Positions 19,996 through 30,416 of a stretch of DNA of 44,219 nucleotides are shown here, one piece after another. The DNA lies in NCBI GenBank assembly GCA_048550535.1, contig JBLYYN010000086.1, positions 1 through 44,219 on the forward strand, given 5' to 3'. The notes below the pieces were generated by a model. It ran no database searches and was not told where the DNA came from. It was given only the letters and a program-made list of their open reading frames with translations. The stretch comes from Gammaproteobacteria bacterium (GTDB lineage Bacteria > Pseudomonadota > Gammaproteobacteria > SZUA-229). Every line of letters begins with the position of its first letter. Position 1 is the stretch's first letter. The position numbers were made by a program, and so were the translations under genes.

Positions 19996-20901
19996 CTAGT
20001 GGTAGCTGCGTTTGGATTTTCCCCCCGATGAATGTTTCTGGTGGCTGCTGGTTTGTGCATTATTCTCTTGAAAAGCCATGGTGTCGTAAAGTGGGATTAA
20101 TTCATTACGAATACTTTCAACGCTGTCTTCATCCCAGTGGTATTTTTGCAGAATAGCATCATCGATCTCGGCATATTGTCCAAACATATCCGACAGGTAG
20201 AAATTGGCGATCTGTAAAATACAGCAGATATCATCCGTAATGGCCTGCTCAGTGGTGAACAGACGAATGGGGTCAACCAGGGTGTTGGGTAAATTCCAGT
20301 CATTGAATAATGCCACGGTGATATCGATGTGGTTGTATCCCAGGACTTCAGTTTGCGCCTTTTCCACTGGCAGCTTGTTGTGTTTCAGGGCCTGGCGAAG
20401 TTTCCGCAAATCGATCAGCCCCATATCCAGAATGGCCTCACCTATATGGGACAGCAGTGCACAGGTATGAACCAGGTTGGGTCGGTTGATGTCCAGTCGT
20501 TGGCTGACCATATTGGCCAGAAAAGCCATGCGGCTGGATTTTAGCCAGAAGGTTTCCAGATCGAAGGTTTTTGAGTCGGCTGATTTCAGGGCCATGAAGA
20601 CACCGGATACCAGCACCATGTTTTCAATCTGGTTCAGGCCAATGCTTTTGATCGCCTCGAACAGGGTTTCATTTTTACCATAAAGACCACAATTGGCCGT
20701 TTTCAGTGTGAGCGCGGCCAGGCCAGCATCCTGGGCAATCAGGTCGGCAATCTGGTTGAGGTCCCCATCTTCATCGATCAGGCGACGAATTTCCCAGATG
20801 GCCTGGGGCAAAGTGGGCAGATTGGCGTATTTAATAAGGTGTTGTACAGAAGACACAGCACGGCTTCTTGAGTATGGACTTAATATAAAAGTGTAGTCCA
20901 A
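19996..20901 (-). CDS. HDOD-domain signalling protein
   Basis: LPTLP, DAGLAALTLKTAN, FWLKS, LLSHIG, WNLP pattern. Confidence 0.85.
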   Translation of the reverse strand: MDYTFILSPYSRSRAVSSVQHLIKYANLPTLPQAIWEIRRLIDEDGDLNQIADLIAQDAGLAALTLKTANCGLYGKNETLFEAIKSIGLNQIENMVLVSGVFMALKSADSKTFDLETFWLKSSRMAFLANMVSQRLDINRPNLVHTCALLSHIGEAILDMGLIDLRKLRQALKHNKLPVEKAQTEVLGYNHIDITVALFNDWNLPNTLVDPIRLFTTEQAITDDICCILQIANFYLSDMFGQYAEIDDAILQKYHWDEDSVESIRNELIPLYDTMAFQENNAQTSSHQKHSSGGKSKRSYH

Positions 20902-20932
20902 ATATTAGAAAAGTCTGTGACGGGATTGCATG

Positions 20933-21056
20933 AAAAGAAAACGCAAATGAACGCAAATAAATGTTAAATGTTTTAATTTGGGTGGAAATTATTAAATGAA
21001 ATTATTTTTATCGATTTATATTTGCGTTCATTTGCGTTGTTCGCGTTTTCTTTTTT
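20933..21056. repeat. Palindromic element with tandem AACGCRAAY-type units in its arms
   Basis: aaaagaaaacgcaaatgaacgcaaata ... tatttgcgttcatttgcgttgttcgcgttttctttt around an AT-rich spacer; second copy at 35567-35885 in the opposite orientation. Confidence 0.8.
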
Positions 21057-21084
21057 AAATGTTTATTGTTTGCTGTTTTCAGAG

Positions 21085-22320
21085 TTATAAATGCTTGCTG
21101 TAGGTGCGCTCGATATAGGCGTCCAGCAGCTGCTGGAATTCCTCGGCGATGTGATCGCCTTTCAACGTCACCGTTTTTTCACCATCTTCGTATACCGGCG
21201 CCACCGGTTTCTCACCGGTGCCGGGCAGGCTGATGCCGATATTGGCATGTTTACTTTCACCTGGGCCATTCACCACACAGCCCATCACCGCCACCGACAT
21301 GGATTCAACACCCTGGTACTGTTTGGCCCATAGCGGCATCTGTGTACGCAGATAGGTCTGGATTTTTTCCGCCAGTTCCTGGAAATAGGTGCTGGAGGTG
21401 CGGCCGCAGCCAGGACAGGCGGTGACCAGGGGCACAAATGCCCTTAAGCCCATAGTCTGTAAAATTTCCTGGGCCACGATGACTTCCTTGGTGCGGGCCG
21501 CACCGGGCTCCGGGGTCAGGGAAATACGGATGGTATCGCCTATACCGTCGTGCAGCAGTATGGCCAGGGCCGCGGTTGAAGCCACTATGCCCTTGGAACC
21601 CATGCCGGCTTCGGTCAGCCCCAGATGCAAGGCGTAATCGCAGCGACTGGCCATTTCACGGTAAACGCTGACCAGATCCTGCACATCGGACATTTTGCAG
21701 GACAGGATAATTTTATCTCGTCCCAGGCCCAGTGTTTCGGCTTGCTGAGCACTTTCGATGGCGGAGCGGATGACGGTTTCGAACATCACATCCTTGGCAT
21801 CTTTGGGCTCTTCCAGTTGGGCGTTTTCATCCATCAACCGGGCCAGCAGTTCCTGATCCATGCTGCCCCAGTTGACACCAATGCGCACCGGCTTCTGATA
21901 TTTCACCGCAAACTCGATCATGGTGGCGAATTGTTCATCTCGTTTCTTGCCACGGCCGACATTGCCGGGGTTGATGCGGTATTTGTCCAGAGCTTGAGCG
22001 CACTCCGGATGCTGGGTGAGTAGTTTATGACCGTTGAAATGAAAGTCACCCACAATTGGCACATTAATACCCATGTGTTGCAGGCGAGCCTTGATGTTAG
22101 GGACCGCAGCCGCAGCTTCCGAGGTATTCACTGTAATACGAACCATTTCCGAGCCACTGGCCGCCAGCTCTGCGATCTGGATGGCGGTGGCCACTTCATC
22201 GGCGGTGTCGGTGTTGGTCATGGATTGCACCACCACCGGTGCGCCGCCACCGACTGTGACATTGCCTACTTTAACGGCCACCGATGGGCGTCTGCTGTTG
22301 AATGGAGATGGAAAGCTCAT
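21085..22320 (-). CDS. ispG: (E)-4-hydroxy-3-methylbut-2-enyl-diphosphate synthase
   Basis: [58 protein letters not shown]. Confidence 0.97.
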   Translation of the reverse strand: MSFPSPFNSRRPSVAVKVGNVTVGGGAPVVVQSMTNTDTADEVATAIQIAELAASGSEMVRITVNTSEAAAAVPNIKARLQHMGINVPIVGDFHFNGHKLLTQHPECAQALDKYRINPGNVGRGKKRDEQFATMIEFAVKYQKPVRIGVNWGSMDQELLARLMDENAQLEEPKDAKDVMFETVIRSAIESAQQAETLGLGRDKIILSCKMSDVQDLVSVYREMASRCDYALHLGLTEAGMGSKGIVASTAALAILLHDGIGDTIRISLTPEPGAARTKEVIVAQEILQTMGLRAFVPLVTACPGCGRTSSTYFQELAEKIQTYLRTQMPLWAKQYQGVESMSVAVMGCVVNGPGESKHANIGISLPGTGEKPVAPVYEDGEKTVTLKGDHIAEEFQQLLDAYIERTYSKHL

Positions 22321-22415
22321 AAAAGTTTGTACAGGCTCGGTTGAAATAAGCGGCTATGATACCACTTTATGGTAGATTGAATAGATTGGATGTGAGCTGA
22401 GGCCGGGGTAAATCA

Positions 22416-23546
22416 TTGTTTAGACTAGGGTTAATTGTCAATCCACTGGCTGGCTTAGGTGGTGCCGTGGGCTTAAAAGGGTCCGATGGTAATGAAATAT
22501 CTGAAAAGGCATTAGCGCTGGGGGCCAGGCCCCAGGCCCAGCAACGGACTCGCAGTTGTCTGGAGCTAATCCAGCAACAGGCTGATCAATGTGTGATCTA
22601 CACCGCCGCCAACGACATGGGTGAAAACCTGTGCCGGGATATGGGTTTCAAAGTTGAGGTACTGGCCGAGAATGACATAGGTGCGACTACGCCAGAGGAT
22701 ACGGAAAAAACCGTCGAACAGTTACTGGCCCATGGCATCGATCTATTACTGTTTGCCGGGGGCGATGGCACCGCAAGAAACGTTTATCAGGCATTAAAAC
22801 GATTGAATAAGGAAGACGTGCTGCCGGTGATGGGTATTCCTGCCGGCTGTAAAATCCATTCGGCGGTCTATGCGGTAACGCCCAAACATGCCGGTGAGCT
22901 GTTATCCCTGATCATAAAAGGCCGGCCACTGGCCTTACAGGAAGCCTCGGTAATGGACATAGATGAAGAGGCCTTTCGCCAGGATGTGGTAAAAGCCAAA
23001 CGCTACGGCCAGCTCAATGTTCCGGCCGAAAATCAGTATATGCAGAATATGAAACAAGGTGGTGTGCATCAGGAGGACATGGTGTTGCAGGATATTGCCG
23101 CCTTTATTACGGAAACCATGGAGCCGGATACACTGTATTTCATTGGTTCTGGGACTACTCCCAGGGCGATCATGGATATACTTGGGCAGGATGCCACCTT
23201 ACTCGGCGTTGATGTGCTTGAGAATCATCAACTATTAGCCAAAGATGTGGCTGAGCAACAGATACTGGCATTACTGGAGCAAGGTAAAAACGCTAAAATG
23301 ATAATCACTATCATCGGTGGTCAGGGTCATTTGCTGGGTCGGGGCAACCAGCAGTTCAGTCCGCAGGTGATCCGTAAAATCGGCCTGGAGAATATTCAGA
23401 TTATTGCCACACCTGAAAAACTGCATGCCTTGGATGGGCAGCCGATTCGGGTGGATACCGGCGATGATGAACTCAATAAACAATTAACCGGTATGGTTCA
23501 GGTGATTACTGGTTATGATGAAACGACCCTTTATCGAATTGCCTGA
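22416..23546 (+). CDS. ATP-NAD kinase-like family protein (COG3199-type)
   Basis: GLIVNPLAGLGGAVGLKGSDG, FAGGDGTAR, GIPAGCKIHS, GGQGHLLGRGNQQ, VDTGD; TTG start. Confidence 0.88.
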   Translation: MFRLGLIVNPLAGLGGAVGLKGSDGNEISEKALALGARPQAQQRTRSCLELIQQQADQCVIYTAANDMGENLCRDMGFKVEVLAENDIGATTPEDTEKTVEQLLAHGIDLLLFAGGDGTARNVYQALKRLNKEDVLPVMGIPAGCKIHSAVYAVTPKHAGELLSLIIKGRPLALQEASVMDIDEEAFRQDVVKAKRYGQLNVPAENQYMQNMKQGGVHQEDMVLQDIAAFITETMEPDTLYFIGSGTTPRAIMDILGQDATLLGVDVLENHQLLAKDVAEQQILALLEQGKNAKMIITIIGGQGHLLGRGNQQFSPQVIRKIGLENIQIIATPEKLHALDGQPIRVDTGDDELNKQLTGMVQVITGYDETTLYRIA

Positions 23547-23610
23547 CATCAATTAAACATTTATGAATACCGAAGCAGTACTCAGCTGCAGTGGTATTCG
23601 GGGAATAGAA

Positions 23611-24894
23611 ATGCAAGACATAGAGTTTAACCAGGGCTTACTGGAATTTCTGCAAGCTTCACCCACGCCTTTTCATGCAGTAGAAACCATGGTGAGTCGG
23701 CTTGAATGTATGGGTTACCAGCGTTTGTTTGAATCCGAAAGCTGGCAACTGGAAAAAGCCCAGGGTTATTATGTCACTCGCAACGATTCATCCATAATTG
23801 CGTTCAGGCTGGGCGATGAAGAACTGCATAAAACCGGCATCCACATGGTGGGTGCCCATACCGACAGCCCCTGTTTAAAAGTAAAACCGGAACCGGAAAT
23901 TGTTAAAAGCGGTTATTTTCAGCTGGGTGTCGAAGTCTACGGAGGGGCTTTGCTCAATCCCTGGTTTGATCGTGATCTATCATTGGCCGGTCGGGTGCAT
24001 TATCTGGATAAAGCCGGTGATATCGCCCAGGCCCTGATTAATTTTGACAAACCCATTGCCGTCATTCCCAGCCTGGCGATTCATCTCGACCGTGAGGCCA
24101 ATGAGAATCGTGCTATTAATGCCCAGACCGATATTCCACCGGTACTGGTGCGCTTGCCTAACCAGGAAAAACCCAATCTGAAAAAAATCATTCTGCAGTT
24201 GCTTAAAAATCAATGTGAAGATTGCGACGCGGAAGAAGTCCTGGATTACGAATTGTTTTTCTATGATGTTCAGCCCCCGTCCTATGTTGGCTTGCACCAG
24301 GATTTTATTGCCTCTGCCCGGCTGGATAATCTGCTCAGTTGCTATACTGGCTTGATGAGTTTGCTGGATAGTGACAACAACAGCAGTTTGCTGGTGTGCA
24401 ATGATCATGAAGAAGTGGGCAGTATGTCTGCCAGTGGCGCCCAGGGTAATTTCTTACGCTCGGTGCTGGAGCGTATCACTGGCAGCGGTGAGTATATGAG
24501 TCGGGTACTGGACCAGTCCATGATGGTGTCAACCGATAACGCCCATGGCGTGCATCCCAATTATGCCAACAAGCATGACGATAACCATGGACCGATCATC
24601 AACCAGGGGCCGGTGATCAAGAATAATGCCAACCAGCGTTATGCCACCAACAGTGAAACCAGCGCCGTGTTTAGGCATTACTGCAAACGTGCCGATGTAC
24701 CTGTGCAATCCTTCGTGGTCCGCAGTGATATGGGCTGCGGCAGCACCATAGGTCCGATTACCGCCAGCGAACTGGGTGTGAAAACCCTGGACGTCGGTGT
24801 GCCTACCTTCGCCATGCACTCGATTCGTGAACTGGCCGGTTGTTGGGATGCATTTTATTTGTACCGGGTGTTAAAAGAATTCTATAACGGATAA
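23611..24894 (+). CDS. apeB: M18 family (aspartyl) aminopeptidase
   Basis: [49 protein letters not shown]; start at MQDIEF (23563 is an alternative). Confidence 0.92.
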   Translation: MQDIEFNQGLLEFLQASPTPFHAVETMVSRLECMGYQRLFESESWQLEKAQGYYVTRNDSSIIAFRLGDEELHKTGIHMVGAHTDSPCLKVKPEPEIVKSGYFQLGVEVYGGALLNPWFDRDLSLAGRVHYLDKAGDIAQALINFDKPIAVIPSLAIHLDREANENRAINAQTDIPPVLVRLPNQEKPNLKKIILQLLKNQCEDCDAEEVLDYELFFYDVQPPSYVGLHQDFIASARLDNLLSCYTGLMSLLDSDNNSSLLVCNDHEEVGSMSASGAQGNFLRSVLERITGSGEYMSRVLDQSMMVSTDNAHGVHPNYANKHDDNHGPIINQGPVIKNNANQRYATNSETSAVFRHYCKRADVPVQSFVVRSDMGCGSTIGPITASELGVKTLDVGVPTFAMHSIRELAGCWDAFYLYRVLKEFYNG

Positions 24895-24901
24895 GATCAC
24901 T

Positions 24902-25504
24902 ATGAATCTACAAAGACCCTATGCCGAATCCTGTGAGCAAAACCAGCAGGTCATTCTGCAGATATTACAGCAAGTGTTTACTAATCCGGGCCGAGTGCTG
25001 GAAATCGGCAGTGGCACTGGCCAGCATGTACTGTTTTTTAGCAATCATATGCCCCATCTAAGCTGGCAGCCCACCGATATCGTCAGCCAGCTAGAGGCTA
25101 TTCGTATGTGGATGGAGGATGCCGATCATGATCGTATCCAGTCGCCACGGGAACTGGACCTGAGAAATACACACTGGTTGATAGACCAGGGCTATGATTA
25201 TGTGTTTACGGCTAATACTACGCACATCGTGTCCTGGCCGCTGGTGCAAGCTATGTTTAAGGGCGTTGCGGAGTCATTAAAATCCGGTGGTCGATTTGCC
25301 CAGTACGGGCCGTTTAATTATGCGGGCCAGTATACCTCGGACAGTAATGCGCGGTTCGATAGCTGGTTAAAAGATCGTGACCCGGACAGTGGTATTCGTA
25401 ATTTTGAAGACTTGCAGGTACTGGCCCACAGCCATGGACTGGAGTTGCAGCAGGACTATGCCATGCCGGCGAATAATCGGATACTGGTCTGGCGTAAAGT
25501 TTGA
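24902..25504 (+). CDS. DUF938 SAM-dependent methyltransferase (METTL26-like)
   Basis: VLEIGSGTGQH, WQPTD, YGPF, SNARFD, MPANN. Confidence 0.9.
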   Translation: MNLQRPYAESCEQNQQVILQILQQVFTNPGRVLEIGSGTGQHVLFFSNHMPHLSWQPTDIVSQLEAIRMWMEDADHDRIQSPRELDLRNTHWLIDQGYDYVFTANTTHIVSWPLVQAMFKGVAESLKSGGRFAQYGPFNYAGQYTSDSNARFDSWLKDRDPDSGIRNFEDLQVLAHSHGLELQQDYAMPANNRILVWRKV

Positions 25505-25609
25505 GTTTGGTTTTAGCCTGTTTTCTTTTTAGTTTGTGTTTTTCTATGTTTATAGCAGGGCGAAACAATGCCCAATAGTAGAAGGATACAAAATCAAGAT
25601 CTCGATTAC

Positions 25610-25773
25610 CCAAGGAAGCTCTGATCAAATCGTGATTGTTTTATGCTGGCTGAAAAGCGTCCAGATTTCCCCCGTAGTTCGTTGCAATAGAATAACTATT
25701 TCGCCTCACTTCGTGAAAAATCTAAACACTCATCGCAGCCTACTACAACCAGACTTAATCAGAAATCCCCTAA
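25610..25773 (-). mobile_element. ~160 bp MITE, copy 2
   Basis: Reverse complement of 17762-17919 (shared tctgattaagtctggttgtag, gctgcgatgagtgtttagatt, cgggggaaatctggacg, agccagcataaa); ends aggaagctctgat / atcagaaatcccct. Confidence 0.8.
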
Positions 25774-25846
25774 GTTAATACGAGCTCAGAGCAATTGTTC
25801 TTAATTATAGAGATTATTGCTCAGTGCTAAGCTCTTTTGAATAATT

Positions 25847-26230
25847 TCACGCAGAAGATAATGATTTCGAAACCCATCCATAGGCATCATTAACGGATTC
25901 AAAAATCTTACATTCTAATGGAGAGTCCTGCATTTGTTTACAATACTGATGAATCCAGTCTAAAACAGATTCAGAAGTTGCCACAATTGCAATTTTTAGA
26001 TAAGAGTTGCTTATCGCGCCGACATTATCAATAGTGGCAATTTTAAGAATATCAATTTCAGCGGCTTCGAATTTCACTACTTGCGTAAAATCATTTATCA
26101 CGTATCTAATATCGTCAAAGCGAGCATCGCCGTGAATGGCTAAATTTGAAGTTAGAATCTCTTCGCCGCTGATTTTATCGGAGAATTTTCTATAAAGACC
26201 GTTTTCTTCCCATGTATTTTGATGTGACAT
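25847..26230 (-). CDS. Hypothetical protein, SpoIIAA/STAS-like fold suspected
   Basis: 127 aa with AAGGA RBS; YVINDFT, KIAIVA, IFESVNDAYGWV pattern. Confidence 0.6.
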   Translation of the reverse strand: MSHQNTWEENGLYRKFSDKISGEEILTSNLAIHGDARFDDIRYVINDFTQVVKFEAAEIDILKIATIDNVGAISNSYLKIAIVATSESVLDWIHQYCKQMQDSPLECKIFESVNDAYGWVSKSLSSA

Positions 26231-26406
26231 CAGCCAATTCCTTTATTGGTACATACCCAGTCATATTAGATGAAATCACATAGGCAGGGAAGGGGATAGC
26301 GATAATTTTAAATTATTTTTAGTTGTCACCGCGTCATTAATGATTGAACCAGTAGGGACAGTTGAAAGCAGGCACACAAGTGTTTTAGTATAGGCAGGTC
26401 AAATTG

Positions 26407-26880
26407 TCAGGAAAGCCGTAATTGATCTAATGATGCAACTGCATTTTTACCGGTTATGTCCGGGTTAATCACCAGTTCAAGTACAGTGACTGCTGGAAGA
26501 TCAACTTGATATTCTTCCGTCTCACGGGTCGAACCATGAGGGTTGAAGTTCCACTGCTGTCGTACAATTTCCTGGTAGGATTTGCCGTCATCTGGAGACC
26601 AGCGCAAAACATACTCCTGTGTGCGTTCAATACTCGATTCTTCGAAGCTCAATCTGATCAATTTCAGCTTTTGCGGTTGCTTGAAGATAAGTCGAATGGT
26701 CTGTTCGCCTGGACCCGAGGCACGCCATGACGAGGCAATACTCGGTAGTAATGCAGACTCAATGGGATAAGCATCGTCTTCTGAGCTGATTTCAATATCC
26801 GCTAACTGTTCAATGTCTAACCAGTCACGTTCAGACGATTGTTGTTGCTGCTGAACCGGATCAATAATTTTCTTACGCAT
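26407..26880 (-). CDS. Galactose-binding/discoidin-like 'carbohydrate-binding' protein
   Basis: SSED.AYPIESAL, WRASGPGEQTIRL, RTQEYVLRWS, IVRQQWNF. Confidence 0.75.
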   Translation of the reverse strand: MRKKIIDPVQQQQQSSERDWLDIEQLADIEISSEDDAYPIESALLPSIASSWRASGPGEQTIRLIFKQPQKLKLIRLSFEESSIERTQEYVLRWSPDDGKSYQEIVRQQWNFNPHGSTRETEEYQVDLPAVTVLELVINPDITGKNAVASLDQLRLS

Positions 26881-27074
26881 TAAAATACCTTTTATATTGA
26901 AATTCGAGGAAGGTGACAGAGAGTGATAATTTATAAGTAACTCTGATTATACAGATTATTGGTATTTGCCTCAAAAAAGATTGGTCATCAGAATATTTAA
27001 CTTGCCAGATAATGTTCAGGTCCTGTGCGGGTGTTTGGTATGTACTGGAATTGCTTATGTTTTATAATCCCTGT

Positions 27075-27854
27075 TTAAAACCTTGAAATGCTTCGTTTAA
27101 TACAATTGAGATAACCTAGCTCGTTACAGGGTCGATTTGTAATATTATCACCAATGTCAGAGAATGATTTATTAATTAAAGATTCAATATCGGGTGGTTT
27201 TGGGTAGTCTCCATATATAACATCCTCGACGAATGTAGTCAGTAAATCACCCAGAAAATTACTATCATGTTGATGCGTGTTCGTATTTGAATTGGACATA
27301 ACGGTCGTTATATTACCGCTCCATACATTATGAAGGGTTTTTAGGTCATAAATTGAAGTAAACACGGATATCTTTCGCTCTGTTACATAGGTATTTTCTG
27401 TTTTAGAACTGTAATTATTCTTTTTAACGTTATCGGTTAATATTTTTGAAAATATGATGTATCTACTGTTTTTTTCAATATTCGACAGGGTGATCAGGAT
27501 TTCCTTGTTCTCGGTATTATTGTCTAAAATTAAATTTATAAAGTTTATAAGCTCGTCGTAACCTATATTGGCTATTATGTTTTGGTTGGATTCGAAGTTA
27601 ATGCCGCTATATATGGTCGATAAAGAATCTCTGGCGATGCTTGTATAATGTCTGAAGTTTTCTTTATCCCATGCTTCAGCTGCCGATATGAGGCCGCCAA
27701 AGACAATATGATCCTGCTTAATACTGCTAATGGTAAAAGATTCATCTTGTTTAATGTTCGTCATCGGCTCAGCACATGATGATAGTATTGTTATTATGTA
27801 GATGAAAGCAATATGCTTTAAACGTGACAGTTGATTAAATCGAAATGAGTTCAT
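27075..27854 (-). CDS. Hypothetical lipoprotein
   Basis: Lipobox ILSSC after a hydrophobic stretch; very AT-rich; IYDLKT..VWSG strand pattern. Confidence 0.65.
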   Translation of the reverse strand: MNSFRFNQLSRLKHIAFIYIITILSSCAEPMTNIKQDESFTISSIKQDHIVFGGLISAAEAWDKENFRHYTSIARDSLSTIYSGINFESNQNIIANIGYDELINFINLILDNNTENKEILITLSNIEKNSRYIIFSKILTDNVKKNNYSSKTENTYVTERKISVFTSIYDLKTLHNVWSGNITTVMSNSNTNTHQHDSNFLGDLLTTFVEDVIYGDYPKPPDIESLINKSFSDIGDNITNRPCNELGYLNCIKRSISRF

Positions 27855-27916
27855 ATGTTATTTATATACCGATATTTGTTAATAAACTCAATCGAGTCTG
27901 ATACTTATGACCCAGG

Positions 27917-28363
27917 TCACCCTGGAATATCCGTTTTGACGAGCTGTGCAAGCAGTGTGAGTGATTCTTGCCAACCGAGGTAACAGGCTTCTAATGGGAT
28001 GACTTCGGGGATTCCTTCCTGCACTATATCCAGTTCAGTTCCACAAGATACCTGCTTTATGGAAATAGTTGTTTGCATTTCCCCGGGCAGCTTGGGGTCG
28101 TCGAACTTGTCTGTGTGGAGAATGCGTTCATTTGGAAGCAGTTCAAGGTACTCTCCACCAAAAGAGTGGCCGAGTCCTGTGGAGAAGTTCGTGAACAACA
28201 TCTTGTCGCTGCCACCAACTCTTGCGTCAATATGGTGCACTTTGCCGGTGAATCCATGGGGTGGAAGCCATTTAGCCATGGCGTCGGCGTCGAGAAAGGC
28301 CCGATAGACTCTTTCGGGTGTTGCATGAAGAACACGATGTAAGTTGACGGTATTCGTGGACAC
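27917..28363 (-). CDS. SRPBCC/AHSA1 (START-like) family protein
   Basis: LHRVLHATPERVYRAFLD..AMAKWLPP, GGEYLEL, CYLGWQESL; GTG start with AAGG RBS. Confidence 0.9.
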   Translation of the reverse strand: MSTNTVNLHRVLHATPERVYRAFLDADAMAKWLPPHGFTGKVHHIDARVGGSDKMLFTNFSTGLGHSFGGEYLELLPNERILHTDKFDDPKLPGEMQTTISIKQVSCGTELDIVQEGIPEVIPLEACYLGWQESLTLLAQLVKTDIPG

Positions 28364-28417
28364 AATTTTTTACCTTTCTTTATGTGTTGAGGCCTGTAAT
28401 GGCTCCGACTTTATAAA

Positions 28418-29221
28418 TTAGAAAATAAAATCAAATCCTATATAATATCCATCAATATCTACATTTGGGCTTTCCAGGCTTCTATGTCCTATCCTAAATG
28501 CCAATTTTCTATATGTATACAGTGCTGATAAGTCTAAATCGTTAATGCTAACACCATCGGCATTAAAAACAGAAGGCCTTATTTCGAACCCAAGATGATG
28601 GCCGTTATGAAAAAGAATAGGTGCTGATAGAACCAGTCCATCAAATGAATCAACTCCATTCATCTGGCCATAGCCGATGCCCAGGTTTAATCCAATTTTG
28701 TTTCCAAATGACATTCTGTGAAAATACTGGACTTGATTATATTTAAGCTCATCATTTGTGATGTCATCGGTATACTTTGTAGCGCGAAATTCAAATCCTA
28801 TGGCTCCTTTTCCTATTTCCATTTTCAAATCAATAGCGTTTATTTGATCACTGACATGTTGTGTGTTTATATTGAATCGATAAAAAGGTATCAGAATTTC
28901 GCCGGGCTGTCTTTTGTTTATATCAGGATCATGGGGTTTACTGCTAACACGTTGATTGCTTGCTCTTCCTCCTTCAGATATGACTTCAGCTGTTTCATTG
29001 GCTATGGCTTCAACCAGGTCACCAAACAAGATCTCAAAAAAAGATTCTGAATCATTATATGGTTTACAGTGAATGCAGTTATTATAGCGCGCATTATTTT
29101 CTTTTTTGTTTTTAGCTATGTCTTCCTGAAAATCACCCAGTTCACCGGAGCTGGCCTGTAAAGAATACATCGCCAGGAAAAAACAAAATAGGGTGTTAAA
29201 AATATATATCTTTGATTTCAA
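28418..29221 (-). CDS. Hypothetical exported protein, possible C-terminal outer-membrane beta-barrel
   Basis: Signal peptide, amphipathic strands, ends GYYIGFDFIF; TTG start. Confidence 0.6.
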   Translation of the reverse strand: MKSKIYIFNTLFCFFLAMYSLQASSGELGDFQEDIAKNKKENNARYNNCIHCKPYNDSESFFEILFGDLVEAIANETAEVISEGGRASNQRVSSKPHDPDINKRQPGEILIPFYRFNINTQHVSDQINAIDLKMEIGKGAIGFEFRATKYTDDITNDELKYNQVQYFHRMSFGNKIGLNLGIGYGQMNGVDSFDGLVLSAPILFHNGHHLGFEIRPSVFNADGVSINDLDLSALYTYRKLAFRIGHRSLESPNVDIDGYYIGFDFIF

Positions 29222-29418
29222 CTGGATTTCCCTTAAAGTTAAACTATATCAGCGTAATCATGGACAAGCTATGATTTCCTGGTTTTTATCATGTTTATTG
29301 TGGTCTGTTTCTGATTATTTTTTTGTGTTATAAAATTTCAACCGAATCTGCTGGTTATTGTCTAACAAGGGCTCTGGCTCCTATGGCTTTTTACTAGTGA
29401 ACTGCATTGTTTGTGTGT

Positions 29419-29733
29419 CTATGTTATTTTAAATTCAGCATTATAATTCTCAGGCCATATCACTGAGAAGTCATCACCCTCCATATCTCTAAAAGCGGCA
29501 GATATATTTTTCAGGTCTTTTTCAGACAAAATGGATCTTACTAGCTCAAAAGCTTCATCAGGATTATTTGTATTTATAAATATATTTATTTTACCTGCTC
29601 CTATATCATGCCCATTAACTTGATGCTTGTCTCTTAAGGCAAGATTGAGCTCATTCTCGATCATGAGTATTCGATCAAAATAATCAGCAGATGCACCTGT
29701 CAGTGGAAACTGTATAACTAATTGGTAATTCAT
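29419..29733 (-). CDS. Hypothetical protein (104 aa)
   Basis: GAGGA RBS; YQLVIQFP...GHDIGAGKINIFI...WP resembles a conserved uncharacterised family. Confidence 0.7.
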   Translation of the reverse strand: MNYQLVIQFPLTGASADYFDRILMIENELNLALRDKHQVNGHDIGAGKINIFINTNNPDEAFELVRSILSEKDLKNISAAFRDMEGDDFSVIWPENYNAEFKIT

Positions 29734-29758
29734 TAATTCCTCTGCATATAATTGTTGC

Positions 29759-30079
29759 TCACTTTATCAGTTTTAATAATTTCACAATCTTCTTTTCATT
29801 AATCTCATCAAGCGAATATATTTTGATGTGTCGCATGTATTTTCCCTTGCCTTCAAACAAATTCATTTCGTCTTGGTTGAGCCCTTCAACTGAGAAACCA
29901 ATATTGACATGATCTTTGAATCCGACTAAATAATATTTGCATTCATACCATGGCACACCATTTTTGAATGATTCCTCTAAAGCAGGAAAAGTATTTAATA
30001 TTATCTCTCTTACTTTTTCACATATTTCTTTTTGTGGTGAAGGAAGGTTTTCAAGATATTTTTTTACTTTTTTATTCAT
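29759..30079 (-). CDS. DUF1801 (YdhG-like) protein
   Basis: KVREII..FP.LEESFKNGVPWY, HVNIGF, LFEGKGKYMRHIKI; start chosen at MNKKV. Confidence 0.8.
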   Translation of the reverse strand: MNKKVKKYLENLPSPQKEICEKVREIILNTFPALEESFKNGVPWYECKYYLVGFKDHVNIGFSVEGLNQDEMNLFEGKGKYMRHIKIYSLDEINEKKIVKLLKLIK

Positions 30080-30416
30080 ATCAATGCTATTTGATTTGTA
30101 CTTTCTCGTAACATAATAACAAGTTAATCGCTCAGGCACATATTTAATGCCGAGGTCAGGCCTAAATTGTAGCTAATATTAATGGCAATTTCGATCTGAT
30201 CTTATAGCATTACTCTTTTACTCTAAAGAAAAAAAGAAAGACCTGGCCCTGGTCCAGTCATTGATGATTGGAGAAGTATAAGTCTGAGACTTGCTTATAT
30301 GGAGGCATTAAAATCAGAAAATATATGATATTGCTCTATTTTAAGGAGAAGGTCGTTAATGTTAATGATTCTCAGTTGATTTTTGGTGTTTTTGATTAGT
30401 GTAGTGATCATCAGGC

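Noticed and set aside
25555-25610. c-di-GMP-I riboswitch-like words (ggcgaaac..ggatacaaa)
   Set aside because: P2 pairing and the GNRA loop/receptor are missing, and no gene follows on that strand.
25536-25778. 80-aa ORF
   Set aside because: Runs through MITE copy 2, with no RBS or motif.
29360-29430. GTCTAAC as an attC inverse core, suggesting an integron array
   Set aside because: No properly spaced complementary core and L boxes are visible, other spacers lack it, and no intI is in the window; IntegronFinder would be decisive.
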